Shown: piece after piece, positions 28,784 through 42,750 of the stretch
Layout of the letters: each line of letters starts with the position of its first letter
How positions within the stretch are numbered: position 1 is the stretch's first letter
NCBI GenBank assembly: GCA_951406725.2
Contig: OX597839.1
Coordinates: forward strand, 36,642,001 to 36,706,000
Direction of reading: 5' to 3'
Source of the DNA: Octopus vulgaris
Lineage: Eukaryota
DNA length: 64,000 nucleotides
Program-made: the position numbers and the translations under genes
The notes under the pieces: generated by a model
Told to the model about the DNA's origin: nothing
The model's input: only the letters and a program-made list of their open reading frames with translations
The model's database searches: none

Positions 28784-29544
28784 CAGTATAGGGAAGAAGA
28801 GACAAGAGAAAAGAAAGTGAGAGATGCAAGGAAGGAGAAAGCAGAGATAGACAGATAGAGAGAAGAGATAAGATAGATAGATAGACACACACACATTCTT
28901 ATACACAGGAAGGAGGGGAGAGAAAGAGAGAGCGGGAGATGTAGATAAGGCAGTGAATGTGTGAGAGAGACATACATGTGTAGGGGGTGGAGAGAGAAAG
29001 AGTGATGGTAGAAAGGAGAAAGACAGGGACAAAGTGAGAGAGATAGAAAGAAAAGAAGAGAGACAGTGACAAGCATATGTAGGAGGAGGAGGAGAGATTT
29101 AGATGAATAAAGAGAGAGACAAGCATACAAGGTGGAGAGAGAGATGTTGAGAGACAGTGTTGTAGAGAGAGGGAGATAAAGAAAGAGAGAGATAGAGAGC
29201 CAAAAAGTTAGAGATATAGGGAAGAGGAGGAGGAGCGAGAGAGAGAGAGAGAGTAAGAAAAGTTGAATTAAGAGTGTCACAATGTGCCATAAACGTGCCT
29301 GCAGTCTGGTTGTGTATGTGATAATATGGTTGAGGTGTTACAAACCTTTTATGAGTTCTACTGAGGAGTTGTGACATATTTCTGAGATAGTTTGGTGCTA
29401 TGGTGACCAGTTGTTCACTTTCTTGGACATCCGGGGAGATGATACTTCGGAAATACTTCAGCCAGTCAAACTGAAAATGTCAAAATAATCATCATCACCA
29501 CCTTAATCATCATCATCGTCTTTGCCACCACCACCACCATCACC

Positions 29545-29578
<34 letters not shown>

Positions 29579-30851
29579 CCATCATCATCATCATAACCAC
29601 CACCATTGTCAAACACACACACACACAGAGTTTTATACCATACTAGCAGTATCGCCCGGCGTTGCTCGGGTTTGTAAGGGAAATAACTATATAAGCATTT
29701 TTAAAGATGTAAAGTATAATAGCCATCTCAATATGGTTAACCACAAAGGGGGGAGGGTGTTACTGTAGCTTTTTACGTTCTGAGATTTAATAATAAATTT
29801 TTTAGAGAGTTACTTCCCTTATATATGCCAAAAATGCATTAAAAAATGGGAAAAATTGATGGTAAATCTTTTTTTAAATCGTAGACTCATCGTAGACGCA
29901 CGCTAATACCCAGAAGGGCTCAATATGAATCACGACTATAAGATACCCGGTTTTGGTTAAACTGCACCGCAAAATGTGGGAGTAGTTAGGAATCTAAATC
30001 GTAGAAGACAGACAGACAGACAACCTCACTTTTATATATAAAGATTTTGCTAGATGTTGAATTGTGGCAGACGCACCCTGATTTTGGAAATATATTTTTA
30101 GGAAAAAAAATGTTTATACTTAACTAAAGCTCTGTGTACGTGACAGAGCAGTGTCTGGTGGGCACAAAACATGTCATCTGACAAAATTGGGCGGGGAGGG
30201 GTGTGGGCGGGTGGGGGCAAACTGGTTGAGTGCTTATGTACCAGATAACGATCCTCTGTCTGGTAGTTTGCTGCTGGGTACTGTAGTACTTCACTATGCT
30301 CTGTGGTTCAACTGTTCTGCAATTATTAATGCACCACCCTGTGGGGATCATACCACTACCGACCAACTACCATATATATATATGTATATATATATATCTT
30401 TTATCTTGTTTCAGTCATTGGACTGCGGCCATGTTGGGGCATCACCCTCATGGGTTCAGTCAAACAAATCGACCCCAGTACTTGATATATTTTTAAAGCT
30501 TAGTACCTATTCTATTGGTCTCTTTTGTCAAACTGCTAAGTTCAAGGATGTAAACAAACCAACACCAGTTAGTGGTGGAAGAAAAACACAAAACAAACAC
30601 GTGCACACACATACACACACACATTTGATGGGCTTTCACACAGTTTCCATTTCCCAGATCCTCTCACAAAGCTTTGGTTGGCCCAGGGCTATAGTAGAAG
30701 ATACTTGCCCAAGGTGCTGCACAATGGGACTGAATCTGAGACTATGTGGTGGGACTGAATCCAAAACCATGCCTGAGTCTCTCTCTGTCTGTCTCTGTCT
30801 GTCTGTCTGTTTGTATGTCTCTGTCTGTCTGTCTCTCTCTCTCTCTCTACC

Positions 30852-30889
<38 letters not shown>

Positions 30890-33800
30890 AGTAGGTTAAA
30901 GTAAAAAGGACCGGCAAACAAATTGGCAAGACTTGACAAGCACGTCCTCATCAAGTTCTGCCAATTTGTTTGCCGCTCCTTTTTACTTTAACCTATATCT
31001 ACTGACTCAAGGAGAAACCACTTCTAGCCACTTTGGAACTGCAGTCAGAAAACCACGACTTCAACTGCCATTCACATTGGAATTTTAGTGGAATACCTAT
31101 TCGAGCACTCAGAACACATAACTATTGGTTTGAGCCACCCTAGCAAAAACTATTTTGGAGAATGAAATTCTCTTAAAACAATAGGTATATATAAAGCATA
31201 TAGTTTATATCCATTTAAAAGAAGGAAAGAAAATGGAGATAAGGAAGTTAGTAATTACTCTTTACTCTTTTCAGTCATTTGACTGCAGCCATGCTGGAGC
31301 ACCGCCTTTAGTCGAGCAAATCAACCCCGGGACTTATTCTTTGTAAGCCCAGTACTTATTCTATCGGTCTCTTTTGCCGAACCGCTAAGTGACGGGGACG
31401 TAAACACACCAGCATCGGTTGTCAAGCAATGCTAGGGGGACAAACACAGACACACAAACATTTACACATACATACACATACATACATATATACGACAGGC
31501 TTCTTTCAGTTTCCGTCTACCAAATCCACTCACGAGGCATTGGTCAGCCCGAGGCTATAGCAGAAGACACTTGCCCAAGATGCCACGCAGTGGGACTGAA
31601 CCCAGAACCATGTGGTTGGTTAGCAAGCTACTTACCACACAGCCACTCCTGTGCCTAATTGTTTATTATTAATAACAAATTGGTCATCTTTGCTTCCTAC
31701 AGCTGTTTCAATTAATACTCAATAATTTAATTACAAATTTTTACATTGAATTTACATTTATGTGACTTGAATAAAATTTCATAAGAGGGAAAAAGATCTA
31801 CCTTTGGGCCTGTCAATTCATTTCAGCAGACTAAATGTTATGGTTACAAAGATGACCAATTTGTTGTTAATAATAAACAATTATTAAAAATATTTATATA
31901 TATGTATATATCACACACACACACATCAGTCCTGTATTGACTCCCAAAAAAAAGAGTACTCAATACCACAGTAGAGTCATAATTTGACTGATGTCTCTGG
32001 ATGCACAAGTAAGAGACTGACTCATCCAATACACACACACACTCATATATACACATTTATTCCCCAAATTCCCCATGTGAGATTCTTATGTGAATAGATG
32101 CACACACTTTGTGTGTGCATCAACAACTCAACAAACACACTAACTCGACCACATATTTACAAATACCAAGCACTCTCTTAACCCTTTAGTGTTTGCATCA
32201 TTCTGCCAAAATTAATGCTTTTTTATCCACATTGCCTTGAACTAATCAGGTATTATCTTGTGGCTATGAGATTTTGATGAGGTAGCTGTTAATTTTTAAA
32301 ACGATATTGTAGGGTTGGTGTGAGAGACCAGATCTGGCCAGTTTGAACATAAAACAAGCAGAATACTTTTGGCCGGATATGACCGGTTTAAATGCTAAAG
32401 GGTTAATTCAAAAGTCTTGTTGCTTTGTTGGCAATCAGCTTGAACTCTCTCAAGAAGAACTGAACTCAAAACACACACACACACATGCACATCTGTTGGG
32501 AGGGACAGTGAAAGCTTTCTATTCTTAATATTTAGTCTTTTGTTGCTAACACAGTGTTAGCATTTATGTTGCTAATACTGTGATAGTGTTTTGTTTCAAA
32601 CATTGAAATCATCATCATTTTCCATGCTAGCATCAGTTGGACAGTTCGACCGGGGTCTGGGAAGCCAGGAGGCTGCACCAGGTTCCAGTCTGACCTGGTA
32701 GTGTTTCTACAGCTTGATGCCCTTCCTAACGTCAACCACTCCATGTGTGTAGTGGGTGCTTTTTACGTGCCACCGGCACAGGGGCCAGAGGAGGCTAGCA
32801 GTGGCCACGATTGGTTGGTGCTTTTTACGTGCCACTGGCACGGAAGCCAGTCAAGGCAGCACTGCCTTCAGCCACGTTCAGATGGTACTTTTTATGTGCC
32901 ACAGGCTTGGGTATCACAACTACAATTTCCATTTGATTTTCATTTTGATGTTGGTGTACTTGACTCAATAGGTCTCCTCAAGCACGGCAGGTCACCCTAC
33001 AATCTAAGGTACTTTTGAATGGGTTGGCACTGGTTATGCAAAACTGGTGTAGGATACAGCCGTGAACTCACTTTATTTACTGGGTCTTTGCAGTCACAGC
33101 ATATCTCCAGAGGTCTCGGTCTTTTGTCATTGCCTCTGTGAGGCCCAACGTTTGAAGGTCATGCTTGACCACCTCATCCCATGTCTTCCTGGGTCTCCCT
33201 CTACTCTGGATTTCTTCAACTGTTTGGGAGTGGCACTTCTTCACACAACTCTCCTCACACACAAAAAGATATCTTTTGGGTATGAAATAACAAAATATTA
33301 CTATACCTCTGGTGCCATTTGATTCAATTCAGCTATTGATATTTTGGTATATAAGCTTTCCATATCAACTCGATCTTCAATGGAATTTGTGATCTGTGAA
33401 AAAAAGGAAAATGAAACCCGAAAATGGTGGAAACTTTGTTGGAGAAGCTATTTGAGATACAAACCAAGGAATAAAACTGAAATTTTGAGGCTTTTATACT
33501 GCTGCAGGGCAGCTTCTTCTCTCAACAACTTTCTTAACATGAGCCTCACTCTAATTTCATTCCACTATTAAGGATCATTTTGCTCTCCATAATCAACATT
33601 TATCTTGACAGAATTTGTACAGAAACTTCAGAGATCTGTCGGGGTTTTGATTCAAGCCAAACTTGATTTTTATGGGACTTCATTAAAGCAAATACAGTTT
33701 CATCCAATCAAACCACATCCTTTTGGGACAAACGATTATGATGTACAGGTTTAACTCTTCAGTGTTCAGATTACAGCATCAAATGTAATAAGCTTGTTTG

Positions 33801-36800
33801 TTCATTGCTTTGAAATGAATCTTACATCATCTTACAACTTCAAGATTTCAATGATGAGATCGATTACATTGCAGGTGTGAGGCTCCAAGTCTGATTGGTT
33901 TTAACATAAAACAGATAGAATATTGTAGCTGAATATGGCCAGTTTAAATGCTAAGTAGTTAAGACTGTGATGAATATATTTAATACCTGTTTAAAATTGT
34001 GATAAAGATGTTTAGGACATACATAAAATATGCTTAAAACTGCGATGGAGAGGTTTAGGCATACTGAAAATTGTGATAAAGATGTTTAGGACATACATAA
34101 AATATGCTTAAAACTGTGATGGAGAGGTTTAGGCATACTGAAAATTGTGATAAAGATGTTTAGGACATACATAAAATATGCTTAAAACTGTGATGGAGAG
34201 GTTTAGGCATACTGAAAATTGTGATAAAGATGTTTAGGACATACATAAAATATGCTTAAAACTGCGATGGAGAGGTTTAGGCATACTGAAAATTGTGATA
34301 AAGATGTTTAGGACATACATAAAATATGCTTAAAACTGCGATGGAGAGGTTTAGGCATACTGAAAATTGTGATAAAGATGTTTAGGACATACATAAAATA
34401 TGCTTAAAACTGTGATGGAGAGGTTTAGGCATACTGAAAATTGTGATAAAGATGTTTAGGACATACATAAAATATGCTTAAAACTGCGATGGAGAGGTTT
34501 AGGCATACTGAAAATTGTGATAAAGATGTTTAGGACATACATAAAATATGCTTAAAACTGTGATGGAGAGGTTTAGGCATACTGAAAATTGTGATAAAGA
34601 TGTTTAGGACATACATAAAATATGCTTAAAACTGTGATGGAGAGGTTTAGGCATACTGAAAATTGTGATAAAGATGTTTAGGACATACATAAAATATGCT
34701 TAAAACTGTGATGGAGAGGTTTAGGCATACTGAAAATTGTGATAAAGATGTTTAGGACATACATAAAATATGCTTAAAACTGCGATGGAGAGGTTTAGGC
34801 ATACTGAAAATTGTGATAAAGATGTTTAGGACATACATAAAATATGCTTAAAACTGCGATGGAGAGGTTTAGGCATACTGAAAATTGTGATAAAGATGTT
34901 TAGGACATACATAAAATATGCTTAAAACTGCGATGGAGAGGTTTAGGCATACTGAAAATTGTGATAAAGATGTTTAGGACATACATAAAATATGCTTAAA
35001 ACTGCGATGGAGAGGTTTAGGCATACTGAAAATTGTGATAAAGATGTTTAGGACATACATAAAATATGCTTAAAACTGCGATGGAGAGGTTTAGGCATAC
35101 TGAAAATTGTGATAAAGATGTTTAGGACATACATAAAATATGCTTAAAACTGCGATGGAGAGGTTTAGGCATACTGAAAATTGTGATAAAGATGTTTAAA
35201 ACTGGTGATATAAAGACTTATAGAATACAACAGTCTTAAGGACTGTAATGTTCATAGCATGTTTAATTCTAAGATTGAGACATTAGGAAGAGAATTCTTA
35301 CATTTGCCAGTTCTGTTTCAAATTGAATGACCTCTCTGAGCTCCTTCCCTGAGAAGTTTCTGTCTGCTCCTAACAGCTCAGACACTGAAACCATGAAGTT
35401 TTCATAAGCGTCTACATATTGTATATCATTTGGATCCAAGTAGTAGTCTCGGCTTGGCATTCCCAGATGAGCCTGGTCAAGCTGTAATGAAGAAGATGGA
35501 TATAGAAAAATCCAGAAATGATAAATAAAAAAATGATGGAAGGTTAACTTTAGAAGGTAGAGCTGCCTAGTTAAGAAGTTTGCTTTGCAACCATGTAGTT
35601 TCAGGTTCAGTCCTATTCATGGCACCTTGGGCATGATATGATATTTTACTAACACTGGCAAGACAGATGCAAAGTTGATCCCGGTAGGATTTGCTCTCAG
35701 ACCATAAAGAGCCAGGACAAATACTGCAAGGGATTTTTTACCCCCAATGCTCAAATGATTCTGCTGGCGTTCCATTTCACCTTGCAATAAGAATTATTAC
35801 TTTCTAGCTGTGATACCAGTGCCGGTGGCTCGTAAGCGAACCATCCGAATGTGGTCATTGCCAGCGCCGCCCCGACAGGCCTCCGTGCCGGTGGCACGTA
35901 AAAAGCACCATCCGATCGTGGCCATTGCCAGACTCGCCTGACCCCCGTGCCGGTGGCACGTAAAAAGCGCCCACTACACTCACGGAGTGGTTGGCGTTAG
36001 GAAGGGCATCCAGCTGTAGAAACATTGCCAGATTAGACTGGGCCTGGTGCAGCCTTCTGGCTTCCCAGACCCCAGTTGGACCGTCCAACCCATGCTAGCA
36101 TGGAAAGCGGACGTTAAACGATGATGATGATGATGATGAGATGCATAGTGTTAGAGGAATAAAATAGTGTGTTGTAGCTTTCACCCATCCTGCCTCAACA
36201 AATAAAATTACGTTGGTGAAGTTAAACAGCTTTTATAAGAATTGTAAGCGTGTCTAAGATTTGACAAACCAGAAAGAGAGGAAAGCTCAGTACTTTCTCT
36301 AAACTGTATTCATTACTTTAACCATCAACGTCATCTTATTTCTTTATTGCCCACAAGGGGCTAAACATAGAGGGGACATACAAAGACAGACAAAGAAATT
36401 AAGTCGATTAGATCGACCCCAGTGCATAACTGGTATTTAATTTATCGACCCCGAAAGGATGAAAGGCAAAGTCGGCCTCAGCGGAATTTGAACTCAGAAC
36501 GTAACGACAGACGAAATACCACTAAGCATTTCACCCGGTGTGCTAACGTTTCTGCCAGCTCGCTGCCTTGACCATCAACATCATCTGGTAAAATCTGTTT
36601 ACCATGCTGTATGGGTTGGACAGTTTGACAGGATCTGATAGGTTAAGGGACTACACCAAGCTCCAATCTCTTTGGCAGGGTTTCTATGGCTGGACACCTT
36701 TACTAATGTTAACCACTTTAGAGAGTACATTGGGTGCCTTTTTTTTTTTCATGGCACCAGCATTAGTGAGGTCACTCTGTAATTTGCAAAATTAAGATCT

Positions 36801-39800
36801 CTTTTAGCTGAGTGGGGTTACAGTAGAGAGGGAGGCAACTCTATGCAAGATGAAAGGTTAAAGTGTGGGGGAAGGAGTGCAGAAAAGAACAGATTCATTG
36901 CTGTAGGAGAGATACATGGTTGCTCACTTTATACAAGAGTAGGTGGGGCTAACTTGGGTGGAGGTGGAAAGAGAGATAAAGATGGTTGTGATGAGTTACG
37001 TTAATTAAATTTAAACCATTTCTTACGTGGATTATATTGGTACTGGAGTTTTTATCATCAGGTGAGACATTGAAATTGAGAATCACTGAGATGTGAAATT
37101 CTTTGTAGAGTTTTGCCAAAGTTGATTCGATACTAAATTTATCAGCATCCCATTGGTCTGTGATGACAGGCCAACCACCGAAAGAACGGAGAATGTGGTG
37201 GAACGGCTTGTCTCCAATATATTGGATCTGAGCTGGAAATGGTCGGAAAGGAAAAGAAAATGGAAAAAAAAGAAGAAAACCAAAAGACAAAAATGGTAAG
37301 GAAGAAGAAAATGGATGTAACAATGATAACAACAACAGCAACAAAATAACAATGATGACCACAACAACAACAACAACAACAACAGTTGACAACTCTGATG
37401 ACTACGACTGACTGTAATGACAATGATAATGAAAATTAATGAAAATGATTAGCAACGACCACACCAAGAACAACAATAACAAAGATGACAACAACAGCAA
37501 TAACAAGAACAATGTCAACAATGATGATGAAAACAACAACAACAACAAAAATGGCAACGGCAACATTAATAACAATGACAGCAACAACAACAATAATAAG
37601 GACTTTAATACCAACTGCTCTCTTCTACACCCCCCCTCAACATACCATCCACCAAATCCCAGCCTCTGTGTACCTCCCCGGCACACCATCTTCTGCATGC
37701 ACATGCACACACACACACATGCACACACACACAAGCACATGCACGCACACACATAATGCACACACACACAATGCACACACACACATGCATACACACATGC
37801 ATACACACATGCATACACACATGCACACACACAATGCACACAAGCACATGCATGCACACATACACATGCATACACACATGCATACACACATACACACACA
37901 CAATGCACACGTACGCACACACACATGCACACACACACACACCACCTCAATCTTTCACACACCTCAACATAGGATGGACCACACACCAACCCCTACACAA
38001 CTCTCTCCACACACACACACACACCATCACCCTCCAGTCGTCTTCCAATTCCCACAGACAACACTCAAGCCCAAGGTAGACTTACACATGTTCATACAAG
38101 ATTTGTAGAGAGTCTTGGCCTTGGTTGTGGCATTGCCATCAAACTGGTTGGGAGGAGTTTCGAGAATTCCTGAAAATACACAATCAAAGCATTTGGCATT
38201 TTATTTAGCCGCAAGTCAAATTGAAACACTTTGTAGCATGGAGGCGGGTAGAAGTTTACATTGGGGGTGGGCGCAGGTAAATGTTTATTGTAGAGAAGAA
38301 CTTTATAGTGGAGGAAAAAGCTTATAGTGGAGGTAGAACTTTATAGTAGAGAGGAAGGAGAGTTTATTCTCAAGGACACTATACACTGCCAGGAATCGAA
38401 CCCACAATCTTATGATCATGAATCAAATACCCTAACCACCAAGCCATGTGCCTTCACTACTACTTCAACTACTGTGCACTGGGACTACATCAACACACAC
38501 ACACACCACATACAGGCAGACACTACAACCACATTGAAGGCCATTCTGCTGATTGGCTGAGACTCACTCACCAACACACTGATCCATGTAAAGACTGTTT
38601 CTTCTCTTTTCCCCCCTTTTTATCACTGCTACAATAGTCTCTCCTTTTATGTATAAAAGATGTAATTGCTTAATAAGAAAGAATCTGCTGTCTTTAGAAC
38701 TACCTATTTCTTTACTACCCACAAGGGGCTAAACACAGAGGGGGACAAACAAGGACAGACATAGGTATTAAGTTGATTACATCGACTCCAGTGCGTAACT
38801 GGTACTTAATTTATCGACCCCGAAAGGATGAAAGGCAAAGTCTACTTCGGCGGAATTTGAACTCACAACGTAACGACAGATGAAATACGGCTACGCATTT
38901 CGCCCGACATGCTAACGTTTCTGCCAGCTCGCCGCCTTCTTTAGAACTACCTGTACCACTGCTACATACAATACTACCACCACATGATCACAACACCACA
39001 ATATCTCTCTCTCTCTCTCTGTCACACACTTTCCTCACACAGCAATACTATCACCCTTCCATACCACCACACAACAATACCATCACTACATCGCACCACC
39101 ATTCCCAAGCTGTAAGTTTCCCATACCATAAACTTTTATATAAATCCTAGAATAAAGACCGTTTAGATACTCCATTGAATAGTAACAACAGCTTTATGGG
39201 AGAGATAAATGTTAATGTTTAGAAGTTAACCCCCAAATGGCAAGTCTTCAGCTGGTGATAAATGCATTTCTTAGCTTAATAATAATCCTTTCTACTGATA
39301 GACACAAGGCCTAGGGAAAATTCAAATTTGTTTATTGATTGATCCTTTATGTTCATTTGATAGGATTGTGAAGAAAGCAGATGGAAAGTTGAAAACATGT
39401 AACCCTTTAAAATTTGAGATTGCAAAGATTTGGAACATGAAATCTGTTAAGACCATGCCTGTGACAATTGATACATTAGGGGTTGCGAGTTATGAAGTAG
39501 GGAAATGAATAGAGGAGACTGGAAGAGAATGTCCTGTAGAGATTCTACAGAAGGTTTGCTTTTTTCTAAAAGGAAAGATCATCAGAAGGGTTTTGAGCAC
39601 TTGATGGCTTTTTGAAATTCTGTGGACATCTGAGGCAAGGGGAAGAAAAAGAGGAAGAGGGTAGAAACTCTGCCAGATCAAGATTGGAGCCTGGTGCAGC
39701 CATTTGGTTCACCAGACCTCAGTCAAATCGTCCAACCCCTGCTAGCATGGAAAGCGGACATTAAACAATGATGATGATGCATCATCTTTGATCACAGAAG

Positions 39801-40377
39801 TGTGGACCACTGCTGACTCGCGGTTAAACAATAACAACAACATAAACCCAGAGATGTCTGTGATCTGAGAGAGGATGAGAGAAAGCGAATGAAAACAAAG
39901 ATGTGTAGTGATGCGAGGACAAAGTGTACTCCGGAGCTGGTTGGGGAGAAGGGAGTCCCAAGTGGAAAATTTCTGAGTACAGAACTTACTTTTAATAATG
40001 ATCTGTAGTTTGCGGTGCTGCCGTTCGATGTTGCCAATGGCTGCCATATCTTCAGGTATAATGTTTCTTCGTTCCCAATTACCACAGGTGTATTGGTAGA
40101 AGTCATCGCATGGATCCACTGAGAAATCAATGTCCTCGAGAAGTTCTGCAGCTACCAAGAAAAACCACAGAACCATTACCGACCCCCAAAACAAGAAGAA
40201 ATTTATATATATACATATATATATATATAAATTAGAGAAGAACCACCATGTAGCAATTCAACAAGGATATAATTAAATCATAATATATAGAAAAAATTAA
40301 ATATACAATAAAACATAGACCTATAATTAAGTAAAGTACAAAATAATAAATAAATAGTATATAATTAGTAAAAAGAC

Positions 40378-40410
<33 letters not shown>

Positions 40411-40686
40411 CTATTTATATATGTGTGTGTGAAGGCACATGGCCTAGTGGTTAGGGCATTGCACTGACAATTGCTAGATTGTGAGTTCAATTCTTGGACT
40501 GGGTAGTACATTGTATTCTTGAGCAAAACTCTTCATTCCACGTTGCTCCAGTCCACTCAACTGCAAATGGGTAACCCTGTGACAGAATACCCTTCCATAA
40601 ACAATCTTGCCCTGACTTGTGCCTCGGAGGGTAACTTTCTAGGTGCAATCCCAAGATCATTCATGACTGAAGGGGGCCTCCTTCTC

Positions 40687-40778
<92 letters not shown>

Positions 40779-42702
40779 CACACACATATACATACACCTA
40801 CCCAAGGGTTAGGGACAGGAAGGGCATCTGGGTGTAAAGCAATACATCAATATCTGTTCAACCCTTGGTAGCATGGAAAAACATTTAAATTTAATGAAAA
40901 AGTGATACACCTCTTTTCATCATTTTACTTCTTTCAGTCATAAGCTGCAGTCATGCTGGAGCACCACCGTGAGGGATTTAATTGAACAAATTGCCCCATA
41001 ACTTATTTTTTGAGCATGCTACTTATCCCCTTGGTCTCTTTTGCCAACCCACTAAGTTATGGAGAATGTAAACAAACCAACAATGGTTGTCAAGCAGTAG
41101 TGTGGGAAACACACACACACACATTCATATTTTTTTTTGCTTTTTTTTTTACGTCCGTTCTCCATGGGTTCTGGCATGGGTTGGACGGTTCGACCGGGGA
41201 TCTGGGAAGCCAGAAGGCTGCACCAGGCTCCAGTCTGATCTGGCAGTGTTTTTCTACAGCTGGACGCCCTTCCTAACGCCAACCACTCCATGAGTGTAGT
41301 GGGTGCTTTTTACGTGCCACCGGCACAGGTGCCAGGCGAGGCTGGCGAACGGCCACGATCGGATTGGTGCTTTTTACATGCCACCGGCACGGAAGCCAGT
41401 CAAGGCGGCGCTGGCATCGGCCACGTTCGGATGGTGCTTTTTACGTGCCACTGGCACAGGGATCATATCATGTAAAAACTTAAAACATACAGCTCTTCCT
41501 GTGATTGTTGAAACGATGTAGAACAGCACAAAAAGGTAAACAATTGCGATTCTCACCTGTTTTGATGCAGTCAGTCGTTAAACAGATCTCTTCATCACCT
41601 GGGAAGAAACAGTGAATGGAAAATAATAAAGTATTTTAAGATAAGATTAATAGAGACAATGTCAGAAAAAGATGAACAGAACAACCAGTCTTGGTTGTTT
41701 GGAGGTGGGGTAGCTCGGTTATATTTTATACTTTAAAAGTTAGAAATTATACAAGAAAAATTATAAAAATCATTATTTAACCCTTTTGTTACCAACCCGG
41801 CTGAAACCAGCTCTGGCTCTGTAGTACTAATGTCTTGTTTTCATAAGTTTTGAATTAAAATCTTCCACCTAACCTTTGTCACAATTTATGTTCCTAACAC
41901 TAACTTAATGATAACTAAGTTTATTTTACTAAATTCTTTATTATATTTAAAGTAATTGAAAGAAATACAGAGCATCTCAACAAAAGTACAGTAACGAAAG
42001 GGTTAAAATATATAATAGAGAAACAATTCTTAACCCATTTGATACCAACCTGGCTGAAACCGCCTCTGACTCTGTAATACAAATGTCTTCTTTACATAAG
42101 TTTTCAATTAAAATCTTCCACCAAACCTTAGTCACAATTTATGTTCCTAACACTAGCTGAATAATAACTAAGTTTATTTTACTAAATTCTTTCTTATATC
42201 TAAAGTAATTGAAAGACACACAGAGCATCTCAACAGAAATACAGTAACGAAAGGGTTAAGAGGATTGCGCATACTATATTATGTTTTGTGGAGTACAAGA
42301 AACAGAACATCTGGTTTATGTGAATATACACACTCATATGCACACCCACTGTTAAGATGGCAGTTAAGATGCACTTTTTTCCCAGAATATGTCTAAAAAA
42401 AACCACCCTGGGTCCTATATGCAAATTAGGGCCTCCCAGAAGCTAATTTTGTCCTTGACATTCACTACAAGAGACTAATTTTAATCCAGACAGTCTCTTC
42501 TACCTAACCTGACTTCATAACAACAATATTTACTTAAACATTAAGCTGGGATTCTTTTGTAATGTTTTGTAAACCTGCTGCTTCATTGCTTTCAATGTTA
42601 CGTGCTTTAATGAACTAAATTATTCTTTCCTGTATTTGCACTGCAGAAACCGGGGCGTATCAAATATGTCTGTGCATCTTTTATGCCAACAGATATAGTG
42701 TG

Positions 42703-42750
<48 letters not shown>

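Noticed and set aside
28430-29280. 150-232 aa Ser/Leu-rich ORFs
   Set aside because: Translations of GA/CT microsatellite.
30151-30894. 247-aa ORF, longest in the track
   Set aside because: Runs through a family A SINE and microsatellites, antisense within an intron.
33993-35198. CRISPR-like array
   Set aside because: Units are contiguous with no unique spacers; eukaryotic intron; no cas genes.
37402-38108. His/Thr-, Cys/Val- and Asn-rich ORFs
   Set aside because: Translations of (CA)n and (AAC)n tracts.
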